Assembly: GCA_963841385.1 (NCBI GenBank)
Contig: CAWJCO010000005.1
Coordinates: 419,434-483,433, forward strand
Reading direction: 5' to 3'
Length of the DNA stretch: 64,000 nucleotides
DNA from: an uncultured Chloroflexia bacterium
GTDB lineage: Bacteria; Chloroflexota; Dormibacteria; Aeolococcales; Aeolococcaceae
In this document: piece after piece, positions 1-9,210 of the stretch
How positions within the stretch are numbered: the first letter of the stretch is position 1
How the letters are laid out: every line of letters begins with the position of its first letter
Translations under genes and position numbers: made by a program
The notes under the pieces: model-generated
Seen by the model: the letters and a program-made list of their open reading frames with translations, nothing else
Databases searched by the model: none
Told to the model about the DNA's origin: nothing

Positions 1-109
1 TGAGGTCGGGGCAATAGTCCTCGCGCTCGACCATGGCGATCACCCCGTCGAGATGTCCGCGCACCGTCTTGAGCCGGAGCAGGGCGTCGCGCTTGTGGTC
101 CGGCTTCAT
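1..109 (-). CDS. CsoR/RcnR-family metal-sensing transcriptional repressor (N-terminal part only; the gene runs off the left edge)
   Basis: The reverse complement of 1-109 reads ATG MKPDHKRDALLRLKTVRGHLDGVIAMVEREDYCPDL. This matches the CsoR/RcnR (DUF156) N-terminal helix and the conserved Y-C-x-D ligand region. It is absent from the ORF track because no stop lies in the window. Confidence 0.75.
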   Translation of the reverse strand, partial: MKPDHKRDALLRLKTVRGHLDGVIAMVEREDYCPDL

Positions 110-124
110 CCTGACGCTCAGTCT

Positions 125-143
125 ACCCCACCCGGGGTGGGGT
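125..143. promoter_or_regulatory. GC-rich inverted repeat ACCCCACCC-g-GGGTGGGGT, candidate CsoR-type operator
   Basis: 9-bp arms around a single central nucleotide, 16-34 nt upstream of the ATG at 109. CsoR operators are known to be G/C-tract pseudopalindromes of the TACCC...GGGTA type. Confidence 0.45.
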
Positions 144-174
144 GGGGCCAGCCCTCGGCAGGAGGGCGGCGAGA

Positions 175-621
175 TCAGGCCGGGGTCATCTCGACCAGCG
201 GGATCGGGCGCGCGGTCCTCGCCTGGTAGTGCGTGTAACGGTTGCGGTTGACGGCGTTCATCAGGGCCATGAGCCGCGCGTAGCTGGCATCGCCGGGCTC
301 GACGACCCTGGCCTCCGCGGCGACCAGGCGGCGGCCCACCTGCAGCCGCACCCGTGGCTCGGTCCGGAGGTTCCGAAGCCAGGCCGGGTCGCGCTCGCCG
401 CCGTAGTTGGACGCCGCCACGACCAGGACGCCACCGTCACGGCCGTAGACCAGCGGGGTGGTGCGCGCCCGACCGGTGCGGCGCCCGGTGGTGTGCAGGA
501 GCAGGGACGGCACGCCGATGATGCCGTGTCCGAGCCGGCCGCCGCTGCGCAGGTACAGCCAGCGGTGCAGGCGAGGGACGAAGGCCGGCCCGCTGCTGGT
601 CCCCATCCACCCGTTGAGCAT
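175..621 (-). CDS. Deazaflavin (F420)-dependent nitroreductase family protein (DDN-like)
   Basis: The C-terminal 149 aa of ORF 175..843 read LLLHTTGRRTGRARTTPLVYGRDGGVLVVAASNYGGERDPAWLRNLRTEPRVRLQVG...ARTARPIPLVEMTP, typical of the DDN/PPOX-like family. The start was chosen at the internal Met (MLNGW). A GTG at 663 is an alternative. Confidence 0.8.
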   Translation of the reverse strand: MLNGWMGTSSGPAFVPRLHRWLYLRSGGRLGHGIIGVPSLLLHTTGRRTGRARTTPLVYGRDGGVLVVAASNYGGERDPAWLRNLRTEPRVRLQVGRRLVAAEARVVEPGDASYARLMALMNAVNRNRYTHYQARTARPIPLVEMTPA

Positions 622-830
622 CCGCGCCACCCAGGGAACGCCGGGACCGGCCGCTTCCGTCACAGGCGGCAACCTTACTCGCGCGGAGTTGGGCGCCGGC
701 TCCAGCCGGCCACTCCACCCTCTCCGTCCTCCCCACCCGCGTACCAAAGCCCCTGGTGCGGGGGGGCGCCTCGGGCGTATGCGGGTGAGTTGTCTGAGCC
801 TCAGCCCACAACCAACCCGAGGAGGGCCCG

Positions 831-1106
831 ATGAGCGTGGCACCCGACGACCTGCGCCAGGCGGCCATGAAACAGCTGCAGGAGCGGCGCGACTTCGTGC
901 CCCATCTGCTGGCGTACGTCCTTGTCAACGCCGGACTGATCGTGGTCTGGGCGCTCACCTCTCCTCATGCGATCTTCTGGCCCGCGTTCGTCCTCGTCTT
1001 CTGGGGCATCGGTCTGGTGATCCACGCCTGGAGTGCGTTCCTCCGCCGGCCCATCACCGAGGCCGACGTGGATCGCTATGTGGCGCGCCGGCAGGGCCGG
1101 GGGTAG
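831..1106 (+). CDS. 2TM-domain small membrane protein
   Basis: 91-aa ORF preceded by GAGGAGGG. Charged N-terminus (LQERRDF), then two hydrophobic helices (HLLAYVLVNAGLIVVWAL / FWPAFVLVFWGIGLVIHAW). Confidence 0.7.
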   Translation: MSVAPDDLRQAAMKQLQERRDFVPHLLAYVLVNAGLIVVWALTSPHAIFWPAFVLVFWGIGLVIHAWSAFLRRPITEADVDRYVARRQGRG

Positions 1107-1179
1107 GCCGGGACTCGCATGCGCGTCTGCGCGCCGGCCCAGAGCCGGTGCACTGGCTCGCGCTGTTGCGCGGCGCCGC

Positions 1180-1866
1180 TCAGCCAGGAGAGCGCGCGGA
1201 GTCCGCGGGCCGGCCGCCCCGGTTGACCAGCCAGGCGGTGGCGGCCTCCAAGTGGCGGCGAATCGTCGACTCGGCACTTGAGGGTTTGCCGCCCTCGATG
1301 GCTCGGAGCACCTCCGCGTGCTCGGCGGTGAGGTTCTCCACGGTTGCGTAGTCCGTCTCCATGAGCTGGGCGAGGCAGAGCAGGATCTCGGCGGCGATGT
1401 CGCGGTGGACGGCGGTGAGCCGGCTGTTGCCCGCGCCCTCCACGACCGCCTGGTGGAAGGCGAGGTCGGCCTCGACCAGATCGCGCCGGGCGGAGCCGCG
1501 GGTCAGCCGCACCTCCGTCTCGAGTGCCCGCCGAGCCGCCTCCGGGACCGAGCGGCGCGCCGCCAGGGACCGGGCCGCCTGGACCTCGATCGCCGCCCGC
1601 AGCTCGTAGACCTCGGCGAGGTCGCGCCCGGTGAGCACCCGGACGAAGACGCCGCGGTTGCGCGACTTGATGAACAGGCCGCGGTGGGCGAGCCCGTCGA
1701 AGGCGGCGCGGAGGGTGTTCCTGCCCACGTCGTACAGCCGGGCAAGCTCGATCTCCCGGAGGTGCTCGCCCGGCTGGAACTCGCCGTCGAGCGTGCGCCG
1801 CTCCAGGTCCTCCTCGAGGGCCTGAACCGTCGACACCGTTCCCAGGCGACGGAGCGCGGTGGCCAC
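1180..1866 (-). CDS. GntR-family transcriptional regulator (FadR/FCD subfamily)
   Basis: The last 228 codons of ORF 1180..2601 carry a winged HTH (GEHLREIELARLYDVGRNTLRAAFDGLAHRGLFIKSRNRGVFV) and an FCD-like helical domain. GTG start at 1866. The upstream part of the long ORF is low-complexity and judged non-coding. Confidence 0.85.
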   Translation of the reverse strand: MATALRRLGTVSTVQALEEDLERRTLDGEFQPGEHLREIELARLYDVGRNTLRAAFDGLAHRGLFIKSRNRGVFVRVLTGRDLAEVYELRAAIEVQAARSLAARRSVPEAARRALETEVRLTRGSARRDLVEADLAFHQAVVEGAGNSRLTAVHRDIAAEILLCLAQLMETDYATVENLTAEHAEVLRAIEGGKPSSAESTIRRHLEAATAWLVNRGGRPADSARSPG

Positions 1867-1870
1867 GGTG

Positions 1871-1886
1871 TTGTATTGTGTTACAA
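1871..1886. promoter_or_regulatory. TTGTA-N6-TACAA inverted repeat, candidate GntR autoregulatory operator
   Basis: ttgtattgtgttacaa lies 5 nt upstream of the GntR GTG in a local AT-rich patch. GntR/FadR operators are typically of the (t)nGT-N-ACn(a) type. Confidence 0.4.
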
Positions 1887-2164
1887 TCCTGAGTCTTCCG
1901 CAAGGGTGGTGGATCCTCCTCTGACCCGGCGGCGGGGCAGCCGTCTCGCCGCCGGGCAGCCCTCTCTCGCCGGTTAGTCCTTCCCCGGAGCAACGAGTAG
2001 CATGCGGTCCGGCCGAGGATGTCCAGGTTTGCCCGGACTGAGCCGGCGAGTGGGTGGATTCGCATTGCCGGGTGGCGTCGCATGGCAATGACGGACATGG
2101 ACGTGACAGGGCCGAGGGGGTGGGGTCCGCCCCTCTCTCCGGCGGAGCCGCGGTCCCGCGCGCG

Positions 2165-3664
2165 ATGAAAGGTCCCCCCCCGCCCCCGCGACCTGGACGC
2201 CGGTCCCCCGGGGTGCGCGGCGTCCGTCGTGGCCCCCGCGGTGGGGAGCGAGGCGGAGCCCCCCGGCTGCCCCTCATCGCGGTGCTCCTGGTCATCGGCC
2301 TGGCCATCTGGCTGGTGCTGCCGGTCCCCGCCCTCTCCGCGACCGTGCCGCTGCAGGGCCCCCGCCCGGCTGCGCAGCCGGACCTCCCCTGGCTCACCAC
2401 CGCCGGCGGGCGCATCGTCGATTCGGCCGGGCGGAGCGTCATCCTCCACGGTTTCGACGACGACGCATTGCTCGAATCGACGCTCTCCCCCGCACCCCTG
2501 GACGCGACCGACGCCGAGCTCATGGAGGCGTCCGGATTCGATGTGGTGCGGCTGCCCATCGCCTGGTCGGCGCTCGAGCCCCAGCGCGGCCACTTCAGCA
2601 CCGCCTACCTGGATCGCGTCGCCGCCGACGTGGCACTGCTCAACGCCCACCACCTCTACGTGGTGCTGGACATGCACTTCCTGGGCTGGAGCCCCGGCTA
2701 CGGGGGATCGGGAGCGCCCGCCTGGGCGACCCTGTCATGGATCCCCGACATCCCCTGGGGCCCGATGCCCTCGGTGACGCGACTGCTGTCGCCGGCGATC
2801 AACGCCTCGACGGCCTACTTCTGGCTGACCTCGGACTGGCAGACGCAGTATCTGCGAACCTGGCAGTTCGTGGCCGCCCGCTTCCGCGACGACAGCGGTG
2901 TGGCCGGCTACGACATCATCAACGAGCCGCACGCCTTTCCGCTGCCCCCGCTGCGCTTCGACAAGGACGACCTCTTTCCGTTCTACGCGCGCGCCATCAC
3001 CTCCATCGGGGCGGTCGACCCCAATCACCTCTTCCTCATCGAGAACGACGCCCTGGGTGACCTCCCCACCAGCGTCGTCGCCCTCTCCGCGCCCGATCTG
3101 GTCTACTCGCCGCACGTCTACACCGGGGTGCTCTTCCCGCCCACCTTCGACGGGAACCCCCAATCCCTCGACACCCACGTCGACGAGCTGGCCCGCGAGG
3201 CCGGCCAGGTGCCGGCGGCGATGTGGGTGGGCGAGTTCGGCATCAGCACCCGCAGCCCTCATGCGACGGCGTGGATCGACGACGCGCTCGACGCCTTCGA
3301 CGATCACGACGCCGGCTGGGCCTGGTGGCAGTGGCGAGCACCGGGCCCCTGGAGCGTGCGCAGCCCCGATGGCAGGACCCTCGACATGGCTCTGCTCCGG
3401 GAGCTGGCCCGCCCCTACCTCGCCGCCGCCCCCGCCGGGGTGTCGGCCGCTCAGGGCGACGGGGTCACCGGACGGCTGGTGGTCACCGTCGCCGCCGGCC
3501 ACGCTCCGGGCGTCATCGAGGTGGCCTGGTCGGACCTCACCCTGGGGCTCCCCGCGGTCAGCGCGAGCTGCGCGGCTCGGCCCCTCTGGGACCCCTCCTC
3601 GTCCCGCCTCTCGCTGACCGTCCCCGTCGGCATGGCCTGCCGGATCGAGCTCTCGGCGCCGTGA
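2165..3664 (+). CDS. Secreted or membrane-anchored glycoside hydrolase family 5 (cellulase / endoglycoceramidase-like)
   Basis: Contains ILHGFDD, GFDVVRLPIAWSALEP, VVLDMHF, the acid/base motif GYDIINEPH and the nucleophile motif WVGEFGIS. N-terminal signal anchor PLIAVLLVIGLAIWLVLPVPALSA. ATG at 2165 was chosen over the upstream GTG at 2054. Confidence 0.85.
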   Translation: MKGPPPPPRPGRRSPGVRGVRRGPRGGERGGAPRLPLIAVLLVIGLAIWLVLPVPALSATVPLQGPRPAAQPDLPWLTTAGGRIVDSAGRSVILHGFDDDALLESTLSPAPLDATDAELMEASGFDVVRLPIAWSALEPQRGHFSTAYLDRVAADVALLNAHHLYVVLDMHFLGWSPGYGGSGAPAWATLSWIPDIPWGPMPSVTRLLSPAINASTAYFWLTSDWQTQYLRTWQFVAARFRDDSGVAGYDIINEPHAFPLPPLRFDKDDLFPFYARAITSIGAVDPNHLFLIENDALGDLPTSVVALSAPDLVYSPHVYTGVLFPPTFDGNPQSLDTHVDELAREAGQVPAAMWVGEFGISTRSPHATAWIDDALDAFDDHDAGWAWWQWRAPGPWSVRSPDGRTLDMALLRELARPYLAAAPAGVSAAQGDGVTGRLVVTVAAGHAPGVIEVAWSDLTLGLPAVSASCAARPLWDPSSSRLSLTVPVGMACRIELSAP

Positions 3665-3720
3665 CGCACCGACCCACCGCCGCCTCGCTACCCGGGGATC
3701 ACCCATCCCCGAGCGCTAGA

Positions 3721-4260
3721 GTGGTGGACATCGTGAGCGCTGCGCTGGACCCGGAGCTGGGGCCCGCCGACCGGCGCCTCGAGGAGCTGAGGCTGGCGGC
3801 GGCGCTGAGGCGCGGCTTTCGCCACGCCCAGCTGCTGATGGCCCACTCGCTGTCCGAGTACGACCTCAGCGCCCTCTCGTACCACCTCCTCCTCGAGGTC
3901 GGAGCGGCCGGGCGTGAGGGCGTCGTCCAGGGCGATCTCGCCGACCTGCTTCAGTGCCCCGACGCACGGGTGTCGACCCTGGTCCGCGACATGAGCCTTC
4001 GAGGCCTGGTCGTGGCCGCCCGCTGGGCCCCCGATCGGAGGGTGGTCCACATCCACGCCACGGCCCGCGGGATCCGGCTGACCCACGAGGCCCTGCACCG
4101 TCAGCGGGAGGCCCTGACCAGCCTCTCCGGCGACGCCGGCCTGTCCAGTGTGACCTCGCTGCTCCAGGACGCCCTGCGCCTCTACCTCGGCGTCGACGTC
4201 TCCCTGGACGGCGTGGTCGCCCGGGTGGTCGCCGCCTCGCCGGACGCCGAGGAGCGCTGA
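3721..4260 (+). CDS. MarR-family transcriptional regulator
   Basis: The C-terminal 179 codons of ORF 3223..4260 carry a wHTH (VVQGDLADLLQCPDARVSTLVRDMSLRGLVVAARWAPDRRVVHIHATARG). GTG start at 3721, 57 nt after the GH5 stop. Confidence 0.8.
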   Translation: MVDIVSAALDPELGPADRRLEELRLAAALRRGFRHAQLLMAHSLSEYDLSALSYHLLLEVGAAGREGVVQGDLADLLQCPDARVSTLVRDMSLRGLVVAARWAPDRRVVHIHATARGIRLTHEALHRQREALTSLSGDAGLSSVTSLLQDALRLYLGVDVSLDGVVARVVAASPDAEER

Positions 4261-4880
4261 GCCAGGCCCGCGGCCAGGCAGCGAGCCGCCAGCCGCGCGT
4301 AGCCGGGAGCTTGAGTCGCCAGCCAGGCGGCCTCGCGCCAGCGGCGCGGGTCGAGGGCGGCACGCCGCGGCGAGACCCAGTGCTCCGACACCTCCGCCGC
4401 CGGGGCGTCGATGATCACCCGCAGGCTCGCGAGCGGTGCCCCGGTGGACGCGAGCAGCGCCGTCTCCATCTCGGCGGCCACGAACCCCTTCTCGACCCAG
4501 CTGCGCCTCGCGTCGCCGACCACGAGACGTCGCGCGGTCAGCATCGGGCCGACCACCGGCTCCTCCCCGCAGGCGCGCGCCCCCGCGACCAGCGCCGCCA
4601 CCCACCCGGGATCGCAGGCCACCGGGTCACCGTCCTCGAACGCGACCAACTCCGCCACCACCACGGTCCCTGGTCGCAGATCCGGCCGGAGGCCGCCCGC
4701 CAGCCCGCAGGTGATCAGCGCCGGGAGGGGCGGTGAGGGCGGCTCCCAGCGGCTCAATGAGATCCCGCAGCGCACGGCCGGCGCCGGGTTTCCGGCAGCG
4801 GCGAGGGCCCGGCGCACGGCCCGCCACTCCAGCCCCATCGGTGCCAGCACCAGCGCGCCCCGGGTGGGAGCTTCAGCCAC
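4182..4880 (-). CDS. hpnG: Hopanoid-associated nucleoside phosphorylase/nucleosidase (HpnG-like, PNP_UDP_1 fold)
   Basis: Reads ALVLAPMGLEWRAV..., ITCGLAGGL..GTVVVA and FVAAEMETAALLAS-type motifs of the MTA/purine nucleosidase family. It lies directly downstream of hpnA in the hopanoid cluster. Its 3' end overlaps the convergent MarR by 79 nt. Confidence 0.7.
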   Translation of the reverse strand: MAEAPTRGALVLAPMGLEWRAVRRALAAAGNPAPAVRCGISLSRWEPPSPPLPALITCGLAGGLRPDLRPGTVVVAELVAFEDGDPVACDPGWVAALVAGARACGEEPVVGPMLTARRLVVGDARRSWVEKGFVAAEMETALLASTGAPLASLRVIIDAPAAEVSEHWVSPRRAALDPRRWREAAWLATQAPGYARLAARCLAAGLAQRSSASGEAATTRATTPSRETSTPR

Positions 4881-4942
4881 GGCGTCTCACCCCCGCCCCA
4901 GGGCGTGTCCAGGGCGCCCAGGTCGTCCTGGGCATGCCCTGC

Positions 4943-5920
4943 TCAGGCGTAGCCGTGGTCGCGGAACCAGGTCACCGCCCGGCCGGCGGCGTCCTCGACC
5001 GAGGTGGGCCGGAAACCCAGCTCGTCCTTCGCCTTGTCGATGCGCACCATCATCCGGAGGCGGCCCATCCGCACCCCCTCCAGGGGCACCCGGGGCTCGG
5101 CGCGCGGCCAGAGGCGGCAGCGGGCCTCGTCCACCAGGGCGGCGGTCAGCGCCACCGGGTAGGGCATGCGCCATGCCGGCGGGGGGGTGCCGGCGTGCCG
5201 GGCGAAGAGGCCCATGACCTCGGCCAGGCTCAGGTTCTGTCCTCCCACCAGGTAGCGCTCCCCGGGGCGGCCCCGCTCCAAGGCGAGCACGTGGGCGCGG
5301 CCGACGTCCTCCACCGCCACCAGGTTCATCGCCCCCTCGAGGTACGCCGGCAGCCGGGCGCGCATCACATCGACCACGATCTGGCCGGTGGGCGTCGGCC
5401 GGGCGTCGCGGGGCCCGATGGGCGCGGTGGGGAGCACCGTCACCACCGGCAGGTTGGCCCGCAGCGCCGCCCGCTCCTGGAGCACCTTGGAGGCGTGGTA
5501 GCCGTGGCCACCGTGGACCTCGGCCCAGTCGCTCTCGGTCGCCAGCCGCCCGCCGCGGAGCGGCCCGACGGTCGCCGAGCTCGACGTCACCACCGCACGC
5601 TCCACCCCGGCCAGCCGCGCCGCCTCGAGCAGGCTTCGGGTGCCGGTGACGTTGACCGCCCCCATCTGCCGCCGGTCCCGTGGTGCGAACGAATAGGCCG
5701 CCGCCACGTGCACCAGGAAGCGGCAGCCGCGGAGCGACGGCACCAGGGCGCCACCGTCGCGCACGTCTCCGCTCACCACGGTGAGGCCGGGCCGCGCCGG
5801 GAGCCGGCGCGGAGAGCCACGCACCAGCGCCCTGACGCTGTACCCGGACTCCAGCAGCGCGTCGAGCACGTGCCCGCCCACGAAGCCGGTGGCCCCGGTG
5901 AGGAAGACCTCGTCACTCAT
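4943..5920 (-). CDS. hpnA: Hopanoid-associated NAD-dependent sugar epimerase/dehydratase (HpnA-like SDR)
   Basis: Has VFLTGATGFVGGHVLDALLESGY (Rossmann fold) and YHASK (the YxxxK catalytic pair), within the hopanoid cluster. Confidence 0.8.
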   Translation of the reverse strand: MSDEVFLTGATGFVGGHVLDALLESGYSVRALVRGSPRRLPARPGLTVVSGDVRDGGALVPSLRGCRFLVHVAAAYSFAPRDRRQMGAVNVTGTRSLLEAARLAGVERAVVTSSSATVGPLRGGRLATESDWAEVHGGHGYHASKVLQERAALRANLPVVTVLPTAPIGPRDARPTPTGQIVVDVMRARLPAYLEGAMNLVAVEDVGRAHVLALERGRPGERYLVGGQNLSLAEVMGLFARHAGTPPPAWRMPYPVALTAALVDEARCRLWPRAEPRVPLEGVRMGRLRMMVRIDKAKDELGFRPTSVEDAAGRAVTWFRDHGYA

Positions 5921-6093
5921 CAGCAGCTTCGCCTACGCGCCGCCGGGGCGCGTCGTCTTCGGGGGGACCGGCGTCGGACGGCTGTGCCGTCCGCGCCTCT
6001 TGCTCGGCGGCATTGCGCTGCCGCCTGCGCAAGCCCCCACTGCGACGACGCGCCCCATCGGCGCTGGCGGCCGATGATCCCTGTCTCGCAAAG

Positions 6094-7200
6094 TCACGCG
6101 ATCTCCCGCTCCTGTTCCGGCGACCCGGTGCCGGCGGGCGGGTGAGGCGCGGGGTTGATCCGTCCCCTCCAGCTGACGTTGGAGATCTGGCCGCGGAGGG
6201 TGTCGCCGGCGGCGCGCAGGCCCTCGCGCAGCGACGCGGAGGTCGCCGCCACCGCGGTCGGCTCGTAGCCGCAGTGGGCCATGCAGTTGGCGCAGCGCGG
6301 GTCGCGCCCCCGCCCGTAGCTGTCCCAATCGGTCGTCTCCAGCAGCTCCCTGTACGACGAGACGTAGCCGTCGGCCATCAGGTAGCAGGGCCGCTGCCAG
6401 CCGAAGACCGAGTAGCAGGGGATCCCCCACGCCGTGCACTGGAAGTCCACCTTCCCCTCCAGGAAGTCGAGGAAGAGCGGGGAGTGGTTGAGCCGCCAGC
6501 GCCGGCGCCGGCCGTCGGCGAAGGCGTCCCGGAACAGCCTGTGGGTCTTCTCCACCTGCAGCCAGTGCTCCTGGTCGGGGGCCTTCTCGTAGGCGTAGCC
6601 GGGGGAGATCTGCATGACATCGACCTGGAGGTCGTCGTTGAGGAAGTCGAGCACCTCGCGGATCGACTGGGCGCTGTCCATGTCGAAGAAGGTGGTGTTG
6701 GTGGTCACCCGGAAGCCGCGCCGCTTGGCCTCGCGGGCGGCCGCCACCGCCTTGTCGAAGGTCCCGCGCCGGCTGACCGACGCGTCGTGGCGCTCGCGCA
6801 GCCCGTCGATGTGGATCGAGAAGGAGAAGTACGGGGAGGGGGTGAAGTTGTCGAGCTTCTTCTCCAGCAGCAGGGCGTTGGTGCAGAGGTAGACGTACCG
6901 CTTCTGAGCCACCAGCGCGTCCACGATCTTGTGGATCTCCCTGTGGACCAGCGGCTCGCCACCGGCGATCGAGACCATCGGGGCCTGGCACTCCTCGGCC
7001 GCCGCCACGCACTGCTCGACGGTCAGCCGGCGGGCCAGGATGTCGTCGGGGTGCTGGATCTTGCCGCAGCCGGCGCAGGCGAGGTTGCACTGATAGAGCG
7101 GCTCGAGCTGGAGCACCAGCGCGTACTTCTCGTTCTTGCGCAGCCGCTGCTGCATCAGGTAGCCGCCCACCTTCATGGTCTGGCGGAGCGGTACGGCCAT
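6094..7200 (-). CDS. hpnH: Adenosyl-hopene transferase, radical SAM (HpnH)
   Basis: Has the CNLACAGCGK CX3CX2C cluster motif, SIAGGEPL, YLCTNALLL, FSIHIDG and the C-terminal CANCMAHCGYEP. It sits 3 nt downstream of shc. Confidence 0.92.
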   Translation of the reverse strand: MAVPLRQTMKVGGYLMQQRLRKNEKYALVLQLEPLYQCNLACAGCGKIQHPDDILARRLTVEQCVAAAEECQAPMVSIAGGEPLVHREIHKIVDALVAQKRYVYLCTNALLLEKKLDNFTPSPYFSFSIHIDGLRERHDASVSRRGTFDKAVAAAREAKRRGFRVTTNTTFFDMDSAQSIREVLDFLNDDLQVDVMQISPGYAYEKAPDQEHWLQVEKTHRLFRDAFADGRRRRWRLNHSPLFLDFLEGKVDFQCTAWGIPCYSVFGWQRPCYLMADGYVSSYRELLETTDWDSYGRGRDPRCANCMAHCGYEPTAVAATSASLREGLRAAGDTLRGQISNVSWRGRINPAPHPPAGTGSPEQEREIA

Positions 7201-7203
7201 GGC

Positions 7204-9210
7204 TCAGTCCTCCCTGTCCGGGTGGGATGCGGGGCTCTCGGAGGGCGGTCCGGCAGCCGTCCTCCCCGCCACTTCGACAACGTTCGAGGGTGATGCGTTC
7301 CGCTCCAGCAACTGGTCCGCCGCGGGCTGGTCCGCCGGCCGCCTCTCGACCCGGGCCCCGCGCAGCTCACCGGATGCGCCGAGCCCCCCGTCCATGGCCA
7401 GGGCCATGGTCGGGAAGAGGTGCCGGTACATCCCGTAGTTGAGGTAGAAGTCACCGGGGAACCCGGTGCCGGTGTACTCCGGCTCGGGCCAGGTGCCCGC
7501 CTGCTGGCGGTCGCGGAGGAACGCGAGACCGCGTCGGCAGGCGGAGTGCTCGCCGTGGCCGCTCCGCTGCAGCGCCATCACCGCCCAGGCGGTCTGCGAG
7601 GCGGTGCTGACGCCCACGCCGGCGAAGCTCTCGTCCTCATAGGAATGGCAGGTCTCCCCCCAGCCCCCGTCCCGGTTCTGCGCCTGCAGGAGCCACCTGA
7701 CGGCCTGCGGCAGATGGGGGCCGCCGCAGCCGAGCGCGGTGAGCGCCGAGATCACGCACCAGGTCCCGTAGACGTGGTTGACGCCCCAGCGTCCGTACCA
7801 GGACCCCGAGGCGCGCTGCTCGCGGGCGAGGTAGCGGAGCCCGCCCAGGACCACCGGGTCGCCGGTACCGCGTCCCAGCCCCGCCAGCATCTCCAGGACG
7901 TGGGCGGTGACGTCCTCGCTGGGAGGGTCGAGCATCGCCCCGAAGTCGGCGAAGGGGATGCGGTAGACGAGCTGGCGGGTGTTGTCCTTGTCGAAGGAGC
8001 CCCAGGCGCCGTTGCTCGAGCGCATCGCCTCGGCCCACCGGGCCCCCTTCTCGGCGGCGGCCCTGGCCCCCGGCCCCTCGCCGCCCTCGAGCAGGGCGAG
8101 CACCACGATGGCGGTGTCGTCGACGTCGGGGTAGATGTCGTTGTCGAACTCGAAGGCCCAACCGCCGCACTCCCGGAGGGGCACCTTCACCTGCCAGTCG
8201 CCGCCCCTCTCGATCTGCTCCCCGACGGTCCAGTCGACCGCCCTGCGGACGGCGGGGTGCGACCGGGACAGCCCGGCGGCGCGCAGCGCGAGCACCGCCC
8301 ACGCGGTGTCCCAGACCGGCGACATGCAGGCCTGGAGGCGCCAGCCGTCCGCGTCGGAGACCGCAAAGCGCTCGTTGAGGCCGCGCAGGCCGAGGCGCAT
8401 CACGGGGTGGTCGACCGCCATCCCCTGCAGGTTGAGCGCGATGAGCGAATAGACCCAGGGCGGCTGGATCCCTCCCCAGCTCCCGTCGGCCTCCTGGTGA
8501 TCGGCGATCCAGGCGGCGAGGCCACGCCGGGCGCGCTCGCGGCCCGGTTGGCGGGGCAGCCGCTCATAGACCTTCTGGAGCTTGTCGAGCCACCAGAACA
8601 CCCCCGCGCCGGGCACCCGATGCGCCAGTGCCTCGGTGCCGGGGGCGACCAGCTCCTGCACGTCGAACCCGAGCGGGCGCACCGGCCGCCGGCTCAGCAC
8701 GATGAGCAGGGGGGCGATGGTGCCGCGCGCCCAGCAGGCGAAGTCGTAGAGGTTGAGCGGAACGCGCGACGGCAGATGGATCAATTCGGGCGGCATCGAC
8801 GGCACCCCGTCCCACGGGTACTGGCCGAAGAGCGCCAGCCAGAGCTTGGTGAAGACGCGGGCCCGGGCCACCCCCCCCTGGGTGAGGATGAAGCGGCGCG
8901 CCCGGGTCACCGGCTCCGCCGAGGCATCCAGGCTGAGCAGGCGGAGGGCGACGTAGGCCTCGACGGTGGTGCTGAGGTCGCCCGGCCCGTCGAAGTAGAG
9001 CGACCAGCTGCCGTCGGCGCGCTGCTTGCCGAGGATGTGCCGGCGCGCGCCGCCCGCGATCTGCTCGTGGTCGACCCCGAGGAAGCGGAGCAGCAGCAGG
9101 TGCTCCGCGGTCATGGTGACGTTGGTCTCCATCTCCGCCGTCCACCAGCCCGCCGGGTCCTGACGCTCCAGCAGCCAGTCCACCGCGTTGGTGAGGGCCG
9201 TGTCACTCAT
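7204..9210 (-). CDS. shc: Squalene-hopene cyclase
   Basis: 668 aa with the catalytic DVDDTA motif (YPDVDDTAIVVLAL), repeated QW-type motifs (QxxDGSW / NRDGGWGE) and GWWTAEMETNVTMTAE near the N-terminus. Confidence 0.95.
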   Translation of the reverse strand: MSDTALTNAVDWLLERQDPAGWWTAEMETNVTMTAEHLLLLRFLGVDHEQIAGGARRHILGKQRADGSWSLYFDGPGDLSTTVEAYVALRLLSLDASAEPVTRARRFILTQGGVARARVFTKLWLALFGQYPWDGVPSMPPELIHLPSRVPLNLYDFACWARGTIAPLLIVLSRRPVRPLGFDVQELVAPGTEALAHRVPGAGVFWWLDKLQKVYERLPRQPGRERARRGLAAWIADHQEADGSWGGIQPPWVYSLIALNLQGMAVDHPVMRLGLRGLNERFAVSDADGWRLQACMSPVWDTAWAVLALRAAGLSRSHPAVRRAVDWTVGEQIERGGDWQVKVPLRECGGWAFEFDNDIYPDVDDTAIVVLALLEGGEGPGARAAAEKGARWAEAMRSSNGAWGSFDKDNTRQLVYRIPFADFGAMLDPPSEDVTAHVLEMLAGLGRGTGDPVVLGGLRYLAREQRASGSWYGRWGVNHVYGTWCVISALTALGCGGPHLPQAVRWLLQAQNRDGGWGETCHSYEDESFAGVGVSTASQTAWAVMALQRSGHGEHSACRRGLAFLRDRQQAGTWPEPEYTGTGFPGDFYLNYGMYRHLFPTMALAMDGGLGASGELRGARVERRPADQPAADQLLERNASPSNVVEVAGRTAAGPPSESPASHPDRED

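Noticed and set aside
1867-2677. Long minus-strand ORFs (1076..2677 and 1180..2601) extending upstream of the GntR domain
   Set aside because: Only the last 228 codons look like a GntR regulator. The remainder is Pro/Arg/Gly-rich and overlaps the GH5 gene region on the opposite strand.
5921-6093. Possible 41-codon basic ORF (MGRVVAVGACAGG...KTTRPGGA) in the hpnH-hpnA gap
   Set aside because: It is the tail of an out-of-frame shadow ORF (5933..7090). No RBS is present, composition is only moderately coding-like, and no family was recognised.
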